A DNA stretch of 64,000 nucleotides from a virus. Each line of letters starts with the position of its first letter. Position 1 is the first letter of the stretch. The translations under genes and the position numbers were made by a program. The stretch is taken from IMG/VR virus record IMGVR_UViG_3300027917_000034, positions 1 to 64,000 of that record; one strand, 5' to 3'. Shown piece by piece: positions 60,980-64,000 of this stretch. Below the pieces are notes generated by a model, which was not told the origin of the DNA, searched no databases, and worked only from the letters and a program-made list of their open reading frames with translations.

Positions 60980-62772
60980 TGGGCGCCGTACAGAACGTCA
61001 TCGACCGCCTCCGTGGCGCGTTCATTGCCGACAAGGAACGAGGGGGACAGCTACTCGCCAAGGGCAGCACATCCCCAACCTATCCGGACTCCGGGTACGA
61101 CCTGCTTCAAGCCTACGGGTACGACGCTCTGTCGGACTACCTTCGGTTGGAGCACGATCTCCTGTCCCGCTACGTGGACTACGAGGAGATGGACGACTAC
61201 CCGGAAATAGCTTCTGCGATTGACATCTACGCCGACGACGCCTCGCAGCCGGACACTCAGCTACAGCGGACGGTCTGGGTATCGAGCCCGGACAAGACCC
61301 TTCAGGGCGTCCTGGACGACCTGTTCCACAAGCGCCTGCGCCTGGACGAGGAGATCTGGGAGATTGTCCGATCGCTGGTGAAGTACGGCAACGACTACGA
61401 GGAGCTACTGGTCAATCAGGACGGCGTGGTCGGCCTGAATTTCCTTCCGGCGCCGACCGTGCGCCGGGTGGAAGGCCCGCGTGGCGAGTTGTACGGGTTC
61501 GTCCAGGACTTCAAGGGACGATTCGGCTACTCCCCACAGGAATTCCAGAAGATCCTGGCCCAGCGGACAGACGCCATCCGCCAGGCCATGCAGCCCGGCT
61601 CGGCCCGGCCCCCTGGGAACATCCTCCAGCGTGTCTCCGCCTTGGAGCCCTGGGAGGTGGCCCACTTCCGGCTGCGTGGGAAGCATCGCCGGAGCGTGTA
61701 CGGCTACTCCGTCCTCGAACCAGCGCGATGGATATGGAAGCGGCTCATGCTCCTGGAAGATGCCGCGATGATCTACCGTCTCCAGCGCGCCCCGGAGCGC
61801 TACGCCTTCTACGTGGATGTGGGCGACCTGCCTCCGGCCGAAGCGTTGGCGTTCGTCAACAAGATCCGGCAGCAGCACAAGAAGAAGCGGTTCGTCAACC
61901 CTTCCACTGGAAAACTCGATCTGAAATTCGAGCCCCTCTCCCAGGACGACGACTTCTGGGTTCCCGTCCGCAAGGGCGTGGAGGGGACTCGGATCGAAGT
62001 GCTCGGCGGCCCGTCCTGGCAGCACATGGAGGACGTAGAGTATTTCCAGACCAAGTTGTTTACCGCAGTGAAGGTGCCCAAGGCGTACCTCGCTCAAGAC
62101 GAGAACACGGCACGGGCGGTTCTATCCAGCGAGGACGTCCGATTCGCTCGCTCGGTCCTCCGTGTCCAGCGTGAGGTCCGGAACGGTCTCCGCAAGGTAG
62201 CGCGCACGCACCTGGCAGCGCTCAACATCGACCCCTACGCGAACGAGTACACCATCCACATGACCGTGCCTTCGGCCATATTCGAGTTGGCCCAACTGGA
62301 GGTGCGGAACGCGAGAGCCGACCTGGCTGCTCGAATGAAAGAGCACGTCTCGCTTCGGTGGGTGCTGGAGAACGTCTACCTGCTCTCGGATGAGGATATC
62401 AAGATCATCATTCAGGAGCGGTCGGAGGACGTCATCCGGGAGGGGAAAGCTCAGGCCGAGGTCGAGAAGATGAGCGCCCAGGCACAGGCGGACGTGGAAC
62501 AGGCGTCGGCTGCGGCCCAAGGTGGCGGCGGCATGGAGTCGCTCGGGCCTCCGTCTGGCATGAAGATCCTCGAACGGAAGCTGGCTGCCTTGCCCCGGCA
62601 GTTGCGGGGAGCCATCACAGAGCGAGAGCTTCTGAGTGGGAGCCGCGAGGCTGAGAAGAGGGCCGAAGGGAAGCTGGACAGCATCATGCGATCCAACGAT
62701 GCCAACACCCGCCGTCTGAGGGAAAGCGTGGCCCTACTCCGAGAGGTCGTGGCGGCGGGCCGGGGGCGGTAG
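60979..62772 (+). CDS. portal protein (T4 gp20-like)
   Basis: 'YEEMD.YPEI..A.DIYADD', 'L.LLEDA..IYR..RAPER..FYVDVG.LP...A', 'DDFW.P.R.G...T.I..L.G'. Confidence 0.92.
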   Translation: MGAVQNVIDRLRGAFIADKERGGQLLAKGSTSPTYPDSGYDLLQAYGYDALSDYLRLEHDLLSRYVDYEEMDDYPEIASAIDIYADDASQPDTQLQRTVWVSSPDKTLQGVLDDLFHKRLRLDEEIWEIVRSLVKYGNDYEELLVNQDGVVGLNFLPAPTVRRVEGPRGELYGFVQDFKGRFGYSPQEFQKILAQRTDAIRQAMQPGSARPPGNILQRVSALEPWEVAHFRLRGKHRRSVYGYSVLEPARWIWKRLMLLEDAAMIYRLQRAPERYAFYVDVGDLPPAEALAFVNKIRQQHKKKRFVNPSTGKLDLKFEPLSQDDDFWVPVRKGVEGTRIEVLGGPSWQHMEDVEYFQTKLFTAVKVPKAYLAQDENTARAVLSSEDVRFARSVLRVQREVRNGLRKVARTHLAALNIDPYANEYTIHMTVPSAIFELAQLEVRNARADLAARMKEHVSLRWVLENVYLLSDEDIKIIIQERSEDVIREGKAQAEVEKMSAQAQADVEQASAAAQGGGGMESLGPPSGMKILERKLAALPRQLRGAITERELLSGSREAEKRAEGKLDSIMRSNDANTRRLRESVALLREVVAAGRGR

Positions 62773-62799
62773 TGCTGACTTTCGTTTGACAGAGGGTTT

Positions 62800-63705
62800 G
62801 TGGAGCAGCTAGTGTCGGCCAAGATGATCGAGAGTCAAAACAAACTCCTCCCAGGCGCCGAGTTGAGGCGGCTGCGTATGGGGAGCTACGAGGCTCGGAT
62901 CGAAGAGATGAGCAGGGTCGTCCACGCGAGCCTTGGTGATGAGCCGTTCGAGATCGTGGCGACACAGGACAGCGGGGCCGTCGTGTACGCAGACGGCCGG
63001 TTCCTTCGGCTGGAATTGACCGAGGACGGTCCGTCGCTCACAGACCTCGACGTGGAGACTTTCGACGCGGCCAGTCTGTACGCTTTCATGGAGCGCGAGG
63101 CTGGTGTAGTGGCCGATCTCTTTCTCCGTGGCTCCGTGAAGTCGGCGGTAGCGCGGTTGGAGAACCTGGTTCCGGCAGTCCCGCTCCCGAGCGGGGCCAC
63201 CGCGAAGATCGAAGCCTTGATTGCTGCTCCGCGACCGTGGAGACGACTGTTCGAGGCTCGCAGAGACTACATCGTCGGCTTCATCGGAGAGGACGCAGAG
63301 GCCCTGGAAGAGGGTCGGTTGCGCCCCAACTTCGGTAAGTTGTATGATGGGTCGATCGAAGAAGGCAAACTCGACAACTACGAGGATCGGGTATCAGAAG
63401 GTCTGGGGATCGTGCTTGACAGGTTGGGACAGATTCGGGACGAGGTTGGGTCTGCGCTCGCGTCAGCGACCGACGCGCTCTCCGAGTCCACAGAGCCTAT
63501 CGCAGCGCTGTTCTCCCGGTTCGCGGATGATCTGTACGCCGATCTTTTCGCCCTCCACGAGTCGGCTTCCCACGCAACAGAAGCAGTAGACGATATCGGG
63601 ACTCGTGGTAAACTCTGCGACACGCTTGCCGAAGGGCTGTACGATCGTGAGGTCGCCAGCCGCTTCGTCGTCGTGGTGGCCGACAAAATGGTCGAGGCCA
63701 GCTAG
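62800..63705 (+). CDS. hypothetical (head module) protein
   Basis: 301-aa ORF after the portal gene. Confidence 0.65.
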   Translation: MEQLVSAKMIESQNKLLPGAELRRLRMGSYEARIEEMSRVVHASLGDEPFEIVATQDSGAVVYADGRFLRLELTEDGPSLTDLDVETFDAASLYAFMEREAGVVADLFLRGSVKSAVARLENLVPAVPLPSGATAKIEALIAAPRPWRRLFEARRDYIVGFIGEDAEALEEGRLRPNFGKLYDGSIEEGKLDNYEDRVSEGLGIVLDRLGQIRDEVGSALASATDALSESTEPIAALFSRFADDLYADLFALHESASHATEAVDDIGTRGKLCDTLAEGLYDREVASRFVVVVADKMVEAS

Positions 63706-63711
63706 GGAGGA

Positions 63712-64000
63712 ATGAAAATGGGTCTGCTACTGAGACACCCGGTTGTGATCACTTCCTTGGAGGAAGACTTCCGGCGCATTGGCCTCATCAAGACCGAAGA
63801 GGCCCGCGACGAGGGAGACGACCTGCAAGAGCACCTCATGGAGTCCACCGAGGACTTCGATGCCGAGGACGAGCCCGAAGAGGGTGAGGACGAGGCCACC
63901 GAGGATGCGGACGAGGACGACGAGGCCATGGCCGAAGCCGTCGCCTTCCACGAGGACGCCATGTCCATGTGGCAGGAGTTTGGCGAGTCTGGCGTCGAGA
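63712..64000 (+). CDS. acidic protein, partial (possible scaffold)
   Basis: GGGAGG RBS; Glu/Asp-rich; runs off the window edge. Confidence 0.6.
   Translation, partial: MKMGLLLRHPVVITSLEEDFRRIGLIKTEEARDEGDDLQEHLMESTEDFDAEDEPEEGEDEATEDADEDDEAMAEAVAFHEDAMSMWQEFGESGVE

Overview
This high-GC window looks like part of a large tailed dsDNA phage genome. Bases 1-6.6 kb are a minus-strand RNA operon: 34 tRNA genes, a TROVE/Ro60 (Rsr-like) gene, eight divergent Y-RNA-like ncRNAs, an SRP-RNA helix-8-like element and several unexplained structured RNAs, all downstream of an attenuator-like leader. The eight Y RNAs share a covarying Ro-binding module (stem-GAAUGC..GGGANUAC..YCUC..CUUGUC-stem). In different copies this module is joined to a tRNA-like domain through the anticodon arm, the D-loop, the T-loop or the acceptor stem, and one copy carries no tRNA domain. 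That set of circular permutations is the most striking and probably undescribed feature. From 6.8 kb onward genes are almost all on the + strand. First come early/accessory genes (peptide deformylase, CoaB-aldolase fusion plus methyltransferase, GHKL ATPase, family-4 UDG, KH protein, MoxR/VWA pair, metallopeptidase). A replication/recombination block follows (HTH initiator with internal iterons, DnaC-like loader, DnaB, primase, SSBs, SF2 helicase, RecA, Cas4-like nuclease, RuvC, ParB-like protein). Next are a 1607-aa kinase/ART-like multidomain protein, a family A polymerase, ThyX and ribosomal protein bS21. The window ends with the start of the packaging module (terminases, T4 gp20-like portal). 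All calls come from reading motifs by eye; no database searches were run.
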